From an uncultured Pseudomonadota bacterium (lineage in GTDB: Bacteria; SAR324; NAC60-12), in NCBI GenBank assembly GCA_913020725.1, contig CAJWCD010000003.1, positions 1 to 61,639 of the forward strand: DNA of 61,639 bases. Direction: 5' to 3'. This document shows, piece after piece, positions 1-9,900 of the stretch. Each line of letters opens with the position of its first letter. Position 1 is the stretch's first letter. Made by a program: the position numbers and the translations under genes. The notes beneath the pieces are model-generated. The model was not told the DNA's origin. It was given only the letters and a program-made list of their open reading frames with translations, and made no database searches.

Positions 1-6
1 TCTGAT

Positions 7-36
7 TTGTCATGAAAAGTATAATTTTAAGATAAA
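7..36 (+). promoter_or_regulatory. AT-rich imperfect palindrome TTGTCATGAAAAGTATAATTTTAAGATAAA, about 315 bp upstream of flagellin 1.
   Basis: It resembles the palindromes upstream of flagellins 2 and 3 (TGTCTGAAAAA...TTTTTCAGACA). Confidence 0.3.
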
Positions 37-351
37 TTATAAACGATGAATCTCTCTAAGTATTTCAGAGGTAAACACCCTGAGATTGGAGGATTCGGAC
101 CCTGAAAAGGGACCGCGCTCTTTGACAACAGAATACGAACGTTCCCGGTGGGAGGATTCCCCCGGAACTTTTCCGGAATAGTGAGATTCCGGGCCGCAGC
201 GACGCAAGGAGCGGGCAATGGTGCCCCAGTGTCGTTGCCAGGCTCTACGCAGGATGCGGAGGGCCTCCGAGGTCGAGACTGGACGTCTTGGTGCTCAAAA
301 GCAAACACAGGATGTCCTTTAACAACCCTTTTTCTCGATCAAGGAGGATGT

Positions 352-1815
352 ATGTCCCTTCGTATCAACAATAACCCAACGGCGGTGAACGCTCACCGCA
401 ACCTGACCCAGAATTCCGAGGTCAGTGCCAAAAACCTTGAGCGTCTCTCATCCGGACTCAAGGTCAACCGTGGAGCCGACGGCCCAGCGGCCCTTCAGGT
501 TTCAGAACGCCTGCGGGCACAAACTGCAGGCCTCGATCAGGCGATTGAGAACTCGCAGGTCGGCATCTCGCTGATGCAGACCACCGAGGCCGCCCTCGAC
601 GAGGTCAGCCGGGCGCTCATCAATGCCCGCCAACTCGCGGTCCACGCTGCGAACGAAGCGGTCAACGACCCCATCATGCTGCAAGCGGACCAGCAGGAAG
701 TGAACCACATCCTGGAGACGGTGGACCGCATCGCCAAGGACACGCAATTCGGCAGCATCAATCTGCTCGATGGCAGCGCAGGTACGAATGGCGTGACCAA
801 CGGAGCGGGCCTCGAGTTCATCGGTGCGACCGAGAAGTCGCAAAGCTCGGGTGTCAATGGCTACGAGGTGACCATCACGCACGCCTCAACCCGCGCCGAG
901 CATGTCGGTGCCAAGCCGTTGAGCCAGTCGGTCATTGACGCCGGCGAGCAGATCACGCTCACCAAGGGCGGCAAGACGGCCAACTTCACCACCCGTGAGG
1001 GAGAGACGGTGGAGCAGACATTGAACCGCCTCGGAGAGGCGATCAAGGACTCCGGACTAGCACTAGAACTGCTGCGTCCGGAACCGGGGACGACAGACGG
1101 GAAGCTGCCGCAAGCGGTCCATCTGCGGCACAAGCAGTTCGGTAGCGAACACAACTTCACCGTGGCCAGTTCGACCGGCGGGGTTCTCTCTGCGAAAGGG
1201 AACACCTCGGAAATGGTTCAGAACGGAACCGATCTCGAAGGCGAGATCAATGGTGGGGAAGCCAGCGGACGGGGGCAGGTGCTCACGGGCGCTCACGGCG
1301 CGGAGAGCGTTGAGGGCGTGCAGGTTCGTTACGGTGAGGAGAAAGCTCCGGCAGGCGGATTTGCCGGAACGGTGACGGTTAGCCAGAACTCGCGGCGTTT
1401 TCAGGTTGGTGCGAACGACGGGCGGATGACGGCGATCTCGCTGCGCAGCACCCACTCGTGGGACTTGGGCAAGGCCGTCTCGAACGAGTCCGGATTCAAC
1501 TCGCTCAAGGACGTCAACGTCCTGCAGGCGGACAAGGCCACGGACTCGATCCGGGTGATCGACAAGGCGCTGGAGGAGGTTAACTCTTTCCGGGGTCAGA
1601 TGGGAGCCTTCCAGGCGAACAGTCTGGAGAGCAACCTCAACTACTTGCGCATTGCCCGCGAGAACGTGATCGGATCGGAGTCAGTGATCCGGGACGCGGA
1701 CATGGCAGATGAGATGATGCAGAACACCCGCAATCAGATCATGTTGCAATCCAGCACCGCGATGCTGGTGCAAGCCAATCAGAACCCGCAGCGGGTGCTG
1801 CAACTGCTCGGCTAA
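352..1815 (+). CDS. fliC: Flagellin paralog 1, about 487 aa. The start is the ATG at 352 (MSLRINNN), not the upstream ATG at 148.
   Basis: Conserved flagellin N-terminal D0/D1 domain (RINNNPTAVNAHRNL...LERLSSGLKVNRGADGPAAL...LMQTTEAALDEV) and C-terminal domain (AFQANSLESNLNYLRIARENV...QANQNPQRVLQLLG). A strong RBS AAGGAGG lies at 341-347, 5 nt before the ATG. Confidence 0.9.
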   Translation: MSLRINNNPTAVNAHRNLTQNSEVSAKNLERLSSGLKVNRGADGPAALQVSERLRAQTAGLDQAIENSQVGISLMQTTEAALDEVSRALINARQLAVHAANEAVNDPIMLQADQQEVNHILETVDRIAKDTQFGSINLLDGSAGTNGVTNGAGLEFIGATEKSQSSGVNGYEVTITHASTRAEHVGAKPLSQSVIDAGEQITLTKGGKTANFTTREGETVEQTLNRLGEAIKDSGLALELLRPEPGTTDGKLPQAVHLRHKQFGSEHNFTVASSTGGVLSAKGNTSEMVQNGTDLEGEINGGEASGRGQVLTGAHGAESVEGVQVRYGEEKAPAGGFAGTVTVSQNSRRFQVGANDGRMTAISLRSTHSWDLGKAVSNESGFNSLKDVNVLQADKATDSIRVIDKALEEVNSFRGQMGAFQANSLESNLNYLRIARENVIGSESVIRDADMADEMMQNTRNQIMLQSSTAMLVQANQNPQRVLQLLG

Positions 1816-1836
1816 AGAACAGTCGCATGAACGCAC

Positions 1837-1868
1837 CCCCCCACGCTTCTTAACCGGAGCGTGGGGGG
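1837..1868 (+). terminator. GC-rich hairpin after flagellin 1: a 10-bp stem CCCCCCACGC/GCGTGGGGGG with a 12-nt loop.
   Basis: Perfect inverted repeat read directly from the sequence. There is no clear U-tract, so intrinsic termination is only probable. Confidence 0.5.
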
Positions 1869-2093
1869 CTATGCATCCCTTGGCATTGGGAACACAGGGT
1901 TTATGTGCTTCCAATGATGAGGGTTGCGGTGAGTTTCACCGACCCCATAAGCTCTTTGAAAACAGAATAACGAACAGCCCCTAGAGGCTGTTCACACCTT
2001 CCTTCCTCCCTTCATAACCCTCGTGTCTGCTTCGGGAGACACGGGGGAGTAACAAGAGGGGAAGAAGATTAGGCAGGTTCCTGACTCAAGGTG

Positions 2094-2141
2094 CCGGAAA
2101 ATTTGTCTGAAAAATAAATTTTTTAAGACAAATATTTTCGG
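2094..2141 (+). promoter_or_regulatory. Near-perfect AT-rich palindrome CCGGAAAATTTGTCTGAAAAATAAATTTTTTAAGACAAATATTTTCGG, about 340 bp upstream of flagellin 2.
   Basis: Inverted symmetry read from the sequence. It is a rare AT-rich island in a GC-rich genome. Confidence 0.45.
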
Positions 2142-2476
2142 TGTAACCTCAACCAGAGGTCTAGCCCCTCCACCCGACACGCCCACAAAGCGACGGGGGA
2201 GCAGGTCTAGACCCGCAGGGCTGGGAACCTGCCAGACCTTAACCTGTCGTGGACAACACCAAGGCAGGATGCTGCGCACTCTTGAGTTGCTGGAGCAGCG
2301 AGAGAGTGTTCAACCGTTCGCCCCGTGTGAATTTACAGAGAACATGGAGGTTTTCTGAGCACGAGGCGAGGGATGCTCGCAGGGAGCGGGCACAACCACA
2401 GTGGCTGGTGTGGGATCACCAGACGCTGAAACTAACACGTGCGGGAATCGCACATTTTTCATGGAAGGAAAATATC

Positions 2477-3940
2477 ATGTCCACTCGAATCAACACCAAC
2501 GTGGCGTCACTGAACGCCCATCGTCAGGTTCTCGGGAACCACAAATCGATGAGCAAGTCGCTGGAGCGGCTTGGCTCTGGTCTCAAGATCAACCGTGGGG
2601 TTGACGCCCCGGCACAGTTGCAGATTTCCGAGCAGTTGCGGGCGCAGTCCGCAGGTCTGCGTCAGGCGATCGACAACACCGAGATGGGGGTTTCGCTGAT
2701 GCAGACCGCTGAGGCGGCCCTCGACGAAGTGTCCCGGACGTTGGTCAATGCCCGCCAGATTGCGGTGCACGCCGCCAACGAGGCCACCAACGATCCGTTC
2801 ATGCTGCAAGCCGACCAGCAGGAACTGGACAATATCATCGCCAACGTTAACCGCATTGCCACCAGCACCCAGTACGGGAAGAACTACCTGCTGGACGGTA
2901 GCAAGGCGGGCAACGGAGTGATCAACGGCACGAACCTCGAGTTCTTGCAGGGCGGGGCGAATGCCCAGACCTCGGGAGCGAACGGTTACGAGATCAAGAT
3001 CACCACTGCTGCAACACGCACTGAGCAGGTGGGCGGGAAGCCACTGACACAGGCGCTCATTGACGCAGGCGAGCAGATCACGATCACCGAGGGAGGCCGC
3101 ACGCTCAACTTCAAAACCGAGGCAGGGCGTACGGTGGAGCAGACCCTCAACGATTTTGAGTCTGCGATCAGGGATGCGGGACTCAAGCTCGACCTGCTCC
3201 GTCCGAATCCGGAGACGACACCCAACAATGATCCGCAAGCGATCCACTTGCGCCACAAGCAGTACGGCAGCGAGCACAACTTCACTGTGGCAAGCTCGAC
3301 TTCCGGAGTCCTCTCAGCAAAGGGAAACATCTCTGAGGAAGTGCGGAACGGGGTGGATGTCGGTGGTGAATTGAATGGGGAGTCCGCCATGGGGCGCGGT
3401 CAGGTGCTCACTGGAGGTCCGGGTGCCTCCTCGGTGGACGGCATTATGGTCCGCTACAGCGGAGAGAAGGCACCGGAAGGCGGATTCGCTGGGACGTTGA
3501 CCTTCGCGCAGAACTCGCTGGTCTTCCAGATCGGCGGTAACGCCGGGCAGACGACGAGTGTCTCGATGAAGAGCATGCGTGCTTCACAGCTTGGAACCGG
3601 AGCCCATAACGAGTCCGGTTTCTCGTCACTGACCGATGCCAACTTGACCAGTCGCCAAGGGGCCACGGACTCGATCCGAGTGATCGACAAGGCGATTGAA
3701 CAAGTCTCGGTCGCTCGCGGGGAGATGGGTGCCTTCCAGAAGAACAACTTGGAAAGCAATCTGGGCTACTTGCGGATCGCTCACGAGAATGTGATGAGTT
3801 CCGAGTCCACGATCCGTGATGCCGATATCGCTGCAGAGATGGCCGCGTTCACGCGTAACCAGATCATGGTGGAATCCTCCACTGCGATGCTGGCGCAGGC
3901 TAACCAAAACCCGCGCTCTGTGATGAATCTGCTCGGCTGA
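2477..3940 (+). CDS. fliC: Flagellin paralog 2, about 487 aa. The start is the ATG at 2477 (MSTRINTN).
   Basis: Flagellin N-terminal and C-terminal conserved domains with a variable centre. A GGAAGGAA RBS lies upstream. The N-terminus is roughly 80% identical to paralog 3. Confidence 0.9.
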   Translation: MSTRINTNVASLNAHRQVLGNHKSMSKSLERLGSGLKINRGVDAPAQLQISEQLRAQSAGLRQAIDNTEMGVSLMQTAEAALDEVSRTLVNARQIAVHAANEATNDPFMLQADQQELDNIIANVNRIATSTQYGKNYLLDGSKAGNGVINGTNLEFLQGGANAQTSGANGYEIKITTAATRTEQVGGKPLTQALIDAGEQITITEGGRTLNFKTEAGRTVEQTLNDFESAIRDAGLKLDLLRPNPETTPNNDPQAIHLRHKQYGSEHNFTVASSTSGVLSAKGNISEEVRNGVDVGGELNGESAMGRGQVLTGGPGASSVDGIMVRYSGEKAPEGGFAGTLTFAQNSLVFQIGGNAGQTTSVSMKSMRASQLGTGAHNESGFSSLTDANLTSRQGATDSIRVIDKAIEQVSVARGEMGAFQKNNLESNLGYLRIAHENVMSSESTIRDADIAAEMAAFTRNQIMVESSTAMLAQANQNPRSVMNLLG

Positions 3941-3958
3941 GCGCACGATCAAACCTAA

Positions 3959-3995
3959 CACCACCCCAGCCCCGCAGTTGGGAGTCGGGGTGGTG
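3959..3995 (+). terminator. GC-rich hairpin after flagellin 2: a 9-bp stem CACCACCCC/GGGGTGGTG.
   Basis: Inverted repeat read from the sequence, 19 nt after the stop codon. Confidence 0.5.
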
Positions 3996-4363
3996 TCATG
4001 CTTTCCGGGGCCGGATTTCGGCCTCGGAGAGGATGTTTGTTTCTGGAGGGCTGAGCTTTCTGGAAATCCATGTTCTTTGACAGCGGCCAAAGTGCCGGAG
4101 ACCAGACGGTGCTGAAAATCACAGCGCGGGGTCTCTTGGGTTCTCACCGGATGCTGGACATCACCAAACACTGAGGCGGGGGTTTGTCCGGAAAGGTGCA
4201 GAAGCGGCCCGAACTGAAGCAGGATGCGGCAGTATGTTCCCTGGAACTCGATGGAGTTCTAGGGAAGATGGGGTCGTCCAATCCCTTGGAAGGGTGGAGG
4301 CCTGGGTTCTTGGATAGCTGAATCATGTGAGGAAGAGAGAACAGCCCAGAGGCTTAGGCTCTG

Positions 4364-4394
4364 TTGTCTGGAAAAATAGCTTTTTCAGACAACA
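4364..4394 (+). promoter_or_regulatory. Palindrome GTTGTCTGGAAAAATAGCTTTTTCAGACAAC, about 240 bp upstream of flagellin 3.
   Basis: Same half-site core (GTCTGRAAAA) as the site upstream of flagellin 2. Confidence 0.45.
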
Positions 4395-4632
4395 GGGATG
4401 AGTTGGGCAGTAGTGCCCCCGGAGGGGGAATTGTCAGATTACGTCATGAACCGCGTGGGTTTGTGGCGTTCTCCGCACCAGTGTACCCGCGACGCATGGG
4501 AAGTGTCCGGAGGTGACGGAGAGGTTCATCTTGCAGGAAGCAAATGAGCCGAGAGTTGGACACATGGAGTGTGTCGGCTTTGCAAGCACTCGCCGCCAGC
4601 GGGCGGCAAATCTTCAACGGAAGGAGGACGAA

Positions 4633-6102
4633 ATGTCCACTAGAATCAACACTAACGTTTCATCCCTCAATGCGCACCGCAACGTGATGCGCAATCAAGA
4701 GGCTCAGGGCAAGACGCTGGAGCGTCTCGCCTCGGGACTTAAGATCAACCAAGGAGCGGATGCTCCAGCCCAGTTGCAGATCTCAGAACAACTGCGGGCG
4801 CAGTCTGCCGGGTTGAATCAGGCGATTGACAACTCGGAGATGGCCGTGTCGCTCATGCAGACGGCAGAGGCCGCGCTGGACGAAGTCAGTCGCGCCCTGA
4901 TCAACGCGCGACAGATCACGGTTCATGCGGCGAACGAGGCGACGAATGACGAGTTCATGCTACAAGCAGATCAGCAAGAGTTGGACAACATCTTATCGTC
5001 CATCAACCGCATTGCCGCCAACACCCAGTATGGGAAGAACAACCTGCTCGACGGTAGCAAAGCGGGCAACGGAGTGACGTCCGGAGAAAACCTTGAGTTT
5101 CTCGAAGCTGGAGCAAGCGCCCAGACCTCTGGTCCCGGCGGTTATGTGGTGGGAATTCAGCAATCGGCACGTCAGGCGGCGGTTGCCGGGGGCAAGCAAC
5201 TCAATCAGGGACTCATTGACGCAGGCGAGCAGATCACCATCACCGAGGGCGGGCGTACCCTCGATTTCCAGGCGCAGACCGGACGGACGGTGGAACAGAC
5301 GCTCAACGACCTAGGGACCGCGATTAAGGATGCCGGACTCAATTTGAAATTGATGCGTCCGGACCCCTCAACCACCAAGGCCAGCGACCCGCAGGCGATT
5401 TTGCTTCAGCACAAGGAGTACGGCAACGAACACACCTTCACAGTCGCCAGTTCGACTGCGGGGGTGCTCTCCACCAAGGCCGGAATCTCCGACCTTGTGG
5501 ACAATGGCGCCGACGTGAAGGGCACGATCAATGGCGAAGCGGCTAGCGGGCGGGGGCAGGTGCTCAAGGGCGCTCACGGTTCCCGCTCGGTGGAGGGCAT
5601 CCAAGTCCGCTACACCGGAACGCAGCAGGGGCCGGATGACGGAGCCATGGTCGGCACCCTGACGTTCAGCCAGAACTCGCTGGTGTTCCAGATTGGTGGC
5701 AACGCCGGGCAGACGGCGAGCATCTCGATGAAGAGCATGCGGGCCACACAGCTTGGCAGTGGGATGCAGAACGACTCCGGGTTCAGGTCATTGGGCGAGG
5801 TGAACGTTCGCAACTTCCAAGGCGCGCAGGATTCCATGCGGGTCATTGACCGGGCGATTGAGGAAGTCGCCGTCGCTCGCGGCGAGATGGGGGCCTTCCA
5901 GCGCAACAGTGTGGAGAGCAACCTCAACTATTTGCGTATCGCCCATGAGAACGTGCTGAGTTCAGAATCGGTGATTCGGGATGCCGACATTGCCAAGGAG
6001 ATGGCTGCGTTCACGCGCAACCAGATCATGGTGGAATCCTCCACCGCGATGTTGGCGCAGGCAAATCAGCAGCACATGAATGTGCTGAACTTGGTTCGCT
6101 GA
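4633..6102 (+). CDS. fliC: Flagellin paralog 3, about 489 aa. The start is the ATG at 4633 (MSTRINTN).
   Basis: Flagellin N-terminal and C-terminal domains. The RBS AAGGAGG at 4621-4627 sits 5 nt before the ATG. Confidence 0.9.
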   Translation: MSTRINTNVSSLNAHRNVMRNQEAQGKTLERLASGLKINQGADAPAQLQISEQLRAQSAGLNQAIDNSEMAVSLMQTAEAALDEVSRALINARQITVHAANEATNDEFMLQADQQELDNILSSINRIAANTQYGKNNLLDGSKAGNGVTSGENLEFLEAGASAQTSGPGGYVVGIQQSARQAAVAGGKQLNQGLIDAGEQITITEGGRTLDFQAQTGRTVEQTLNDLGTAIKDAGLNLKLMRPDPSTTKASDPQAILLQHKEYGNEHTFTVASSTAGVLSTKAGISDLVDNGADVKGTINGEAASGRGQVLKGAHGSRSVEGIQVRYTGTQQGPDDGAMVGTLTFSQNSLVFQIGGNAGQTASISMKSMRATQLGSGMQNDSGFRSLGEVNVRNFQGAQDSMRVIDRAIEEVAVARGEMGAFQRNSVESNLNYLRIAHENVLSSESVIRDADIAKEMAAFTRNQIMVESSTAMLAQANQQHMNVLNLVR

Positions 6103-6344
6103 CGCATAAGCTCTTGGCGGGTTGAGCCTTTCAGCCCGCTGGCACCTGAAATTCAGACAAGGTGCCTATTACAGAACAGGAGATCGGAACTCCCATGTTT
6201 GTTGGCCCGGAGGCACTGACGCCTTCGGCCAACGGGCTTTTCACTGGAGGTGGAGAGTCTGAAGATCGAAACAGTGAAGCATCGGTCATTGAATCGTCCC
6301 AGGAGGTTCAATGAAGATACTGCAGCTGTTTTTGATCAAGGAGG

Positions 6345-6885
6345 ATGATATCTCTACGCATCAACACCAACCCGACCGCCATCAACCCCCACGGCAACCT
6401 CGTCCGGAACAGTCAGGTCCAAGCCAAGAACTTGGAGCGACTTTCCTCCGGACTCAAGGTGAACCGTGGAGCCGATGCTCCCGCAGCCCTTCAGATTTCC
6501 GAACGCTTGCGAGCGCAGTCCTCCGGACTGGAGCAGGCCATCGCGAACTTGGAAACAGGTGTCACGATGATCCAGACGGCAGAAGCTGCCTTGGATGAAG
6601 TGAGCCGCACACTCATCAAAGCCAGACAACTCACCGTCCACGCTGCGGGTGATTGACAAGGCGTTGCAGGAGGTCAACGCCTTCCGGGGAGAGATGGGGG
6701 CGTTTCAGGCGAACACGCTGGAGAGCAACCGCAACTACCTGCGGATCGCCCGCGAGAACGTGATCAGTTCGGAATCCGTGATCCGCGATGCGGACATGGC
6801 GGAGGAAATGATGCAGTTCACGCGCAACCAGATCATGGTGGATTCCAGCACCGCGATGCTGGCGCAGGCGAATCAGCAACCCTAG
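6345..6885 (+). pseudogene. Flagellin pseudogene or deletion derivative. The N-terminal D0/D1 segment of about 100 aa is joined directly to the C-terminal segment of about 77 aa. The variable central domain is missing, there is a frame change at the junction, and a CAG to TAG nonsense codon occurs near the end.
   Basis: ORF 6345-6656 encodes MISLRINTNPTAINPH...LDEVSRTLIKARQLTVHAAGD and then stops. The next frame continues RVIDKALQEVNAFRGEMGAFQANTLESN...QANQQP, then a stop, then TVLGLIG. Intact copies end QANQNPQRVLQLLG. An RBS AAGGAGGATG lies before the ATG at 6345. Confidence 0.75.
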
Positions 6886-6922
6886 ACGGTGTTGGGACTG
6901 ATCGGGTCAGCCTCGCAGTTTG

Positions 6923-9900
6923 CTACTGCGCGTCGTTGCGGTAGTAGGAAAGGGGGCCGGATTCGGTTCCCACCAGCATGTCCAGGTCCCCGTCTCCATC
7001 AAGATCGGCGAAGGCGGGGTACCCCCCCAGCGGTAACTTCAGTTCCTTGAAGTACTCGTTGTTCTTGACCCAGCCCCACGGTGAGGATTGCTCTGTCGTG
7101 TTGGCAGGAACAAAGCTGATGAGTTGTCCCCGATCGGAGCCGACCACCAAATCCGGCTGGGCGTCGTTGTTGAGATCGGCAACGCTTGGCACCGCGCCCA
7201 ACCCGACATCGAGGTTGAGGAAGCGCCGGTGCATCAGCTTGAAGCGGAAGCCGTTTTGCCCGTTCAAGCGAATGAACTGTCGGAGATTTCCTTCAAAATT
7301 TCCCACGAGCAAATCGGAGTACCCGTCGTTGTTGAGGTCCAGCACGGCAGGGACGGCGTTGCTGCCTCCGGTGACCCCAAGGAACGGGGCCGGGTTCGCA
7401 ATAAAATCCGGGAACTGCTTGGTGCCCTTGTTCTCCCAATAGCGGATGCTGCCGTTGGCGCTGCCCACCAGCAGGTCCGGATCGTCGTCTCCATCGAGAT
7501 CGGCGGCGACCGGAGCAGAGTAGCGTCCGTTGCGGTAGTCGAGGAAGTTGCGGGTGGCCAGCCTCCAAGTGATTGTTGCGCCTTGCCCACCCTCGTTGAC
7601 GAGGTGGAGCAACTCGCCTATGCGGTTGCCGAGCAGCAAATCAAAATCGTTGTCGCCGTCGAGATCAAGCAAGGTTGGTGTGGTGCGTCGGCCTGCTTGA
7701 ATGCCTCCGAACTGGTCGGTGACGAGAGTGAACAAGGGGGGGGTCGGTTCCTGCGTTTTGGGTGCACTCACGACCGGTTCTGCCACGTCCTCGTCTTGCT
7801 CCGGAAGTTCCTCGGTGTCTTCCAGCGTGTTGGACACCAGCACTGGCTCTGGTTCGGGAAGCTGCTCGGTTTTCTGCACTCCGGCGTTGCGCCAGAAGAG
7901 CACATGCCCCTCTTCGTCTCCCATCAGCAGGTCCGTTTGTTTATCGTTGTCGACATCCACAAAGTGCGGGGTGCTGTAGCTTTCACTACGGAGGCTCTGC
8001 CAAGTGTCGGATTCTAGGTGCCACCCGGAAGAAGCGGGGGCGTTTTTACGAGGAGTGCGGCTGTAAAGCTGAAGCAGGCCGCCACGTTGTCCCACAACAA
8101 GGTCGGCAAACTCGTCCTCGTTCCAGTGGAACAGTGCGGGGGCGGCATAACCGTCCGTCTTGCTACGGGCAAAGCGGGTGTTCCGGAGGATGAACTGCGG
8201 CTTTGTTTTGCTGCCTTTGTTTTCGTAGAGGATGACGAGTCCCTTGCCGTTGCCCACGAGCAGGTCAAGGTCTGCGTCGCCGTCAAGGTCGCTGAGGGCG
8301 GGGAAACTGTCGTTGCCCACGTCAATCTGGAAAAAATGCACATTGGTGACGACCCAGTTGGGTTGCTTGGCATCGCCTTGGTTGAGGATCAATTCCAGCC
8401 GTCCGGAGCGATTCCCCACCACCACGTCCAAATCACCGTCCCCGTCAAGATCGGCAAGGGTCGGGGCACTGTACCGCCGTTGGTTGGGGGCGAAAGCGAG
8501 AAACTCACGGCGCACCCAGTTCGACTCGGTTTCACTGTTCTGGTTCTCGTAGGCGTAGATGCGTCCGGAGCCACTGCCCACGAGCAGATCAGCGCGGCCA
8601 TCTCCGTTCCAGTCCCCGGAGGTGATTTTCGTGTGTCGCTCGTTGGGGGCGAGTTCCGTGAGATTGAGAAAGTTCCGGGTGCGGAACCAAAGCCGGTTGC
8701 GCGTGAGCAAGCCTTTGGTTTCCTCGGGTTCGGGTGCCGCTTCGGCTTCCGGACCAGCGGGGGGAGCGTCTTCAGCCGCAATCTCGGCTTCCGGATCGGC
8801 AGGAGGCTGCCCCTCAGCCACGTTGACGTTGGCCTGCGCGGGAGGGGTTTCGGCTTCTCCTTCAGATTGTGGCTGGATGGCAGCCTCTTGTTCCGGCATT
8901 GCGATCGGCGTTGAATCGAGGCTGACATCTGGGCGATAAATTTCGGCGTTTAAGGCTTCGAGGGAGGGGACAGTGATCGGTTGTCCGAAGGCAGGTGCAA
9001 GGACATTGAGACACTCTGGATTGCCCCGGAGTTGCTCACACGCCTGTGTGAGTAGCACGATCGAAGGATCGGAGAGTGTGAAGGTTGAGAGGTCCAACTG
9101 TGGGATTCCTTGCAGTCCGATGAGCAGTGGCTCGCGGTTTTCAAAAAAGAAAACCCGGGAAGTTGAACTGCCTAAGAACAGTTCCGGGAAGCCATCCTTG
9201 TCGAGATCGTAAAAGGTCGGGGCGCTGTGTCCTCCAGTGTTGATGTAGAGAAAACGCTGGGATTCGCGTTCCCAGTGTGGTGTGAAGCGGTCGCCCTTGT
9301 TGAGCAGGAAGTTCACCCGTCCGTTTGATTTCCCGACCACGATGTCGAAATCCCCGTCGCGATCCCAATCCACCCAGTTCGGGGAGGCATCAATGAGTGG
9401 TGCGATGCTGCTGATGTCTTGGGGAAAGTGAATGCAGTTGGGATCAGAAGAACGCCCGGGTAGTGGATCCGGACAGAAGAGGGCGCGGGTGGTCACTCCA
9501 GAGTTGAGGAGCAGCCGCACCTTGCCGGAACCCGTGCCCACGAGCAGATCCGGGTTCCGGTCACCGTTGACATCCGCAAAACGCGGGACAAGATTGCGGG
9601 GGAATTTGAGGTTCATGTAGAGCGGGGTTTTCAGAAACAATCGGGGCAGGATGCGGTTTCCGCGATTCTCGTAGTGAAACAGCGAGCCGTCTCCGGAGCC
9701 GATGAAGAGGTCCAAATCGCCGTCACTGTCAATGTCGACCAACTCGGGAGCGGCGTTGCTGCCCACGTCAATGACTTCCTCTAACTGCACGGGTTGCTGG
9801 TTTGCGTCCAACTCGATGTGGAAGGCGGCAAAGTCCTCCATCTTCAATCTGAATTCCGGCTTGCTGGAGGTGCCGATGTTCTGAAAAAAAGCGATACGGC

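Noticed and set aside
148-351. Long N-terminal extensions of the flagellin ORFs (ATG at 148, 2249 and 4513).
   Set aside because: The extensions have no flagellin homology. Conserved N-termini MS(L/T)RIN(N/T)N with strong AAGGAGG-type RBSs occur at 352, 2477 and 4633.
6141-6160. Sigma54-like -24/-12 element (CTGGCACCTGAAATTCAG) upstream of the flagellin pseudogene.
   Set aside because: The -24 TGGCAC half matches, but the -12 GC dinucleotide is missing. I also found no similar elements upstream of the intact flagellins.
7088-8914. Large antisense ORFs (7088-8017 and 8018-8914 on the plus strand) inside the FG-GAP gene. Similar shadow ORFs occur opposite rpoB (38079-39968), rpoC (45527-47002), PBP1A (36113-37819), pcm-HAD-OMP (20149-21603), the flagellins and folC.
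   Set aside because: These are typical GC-rich shadow frames. Their products are low-complexity Arg, Pro and Gly-rich with no motifs, while the opposite strand carries unmistakable conserved proteins.
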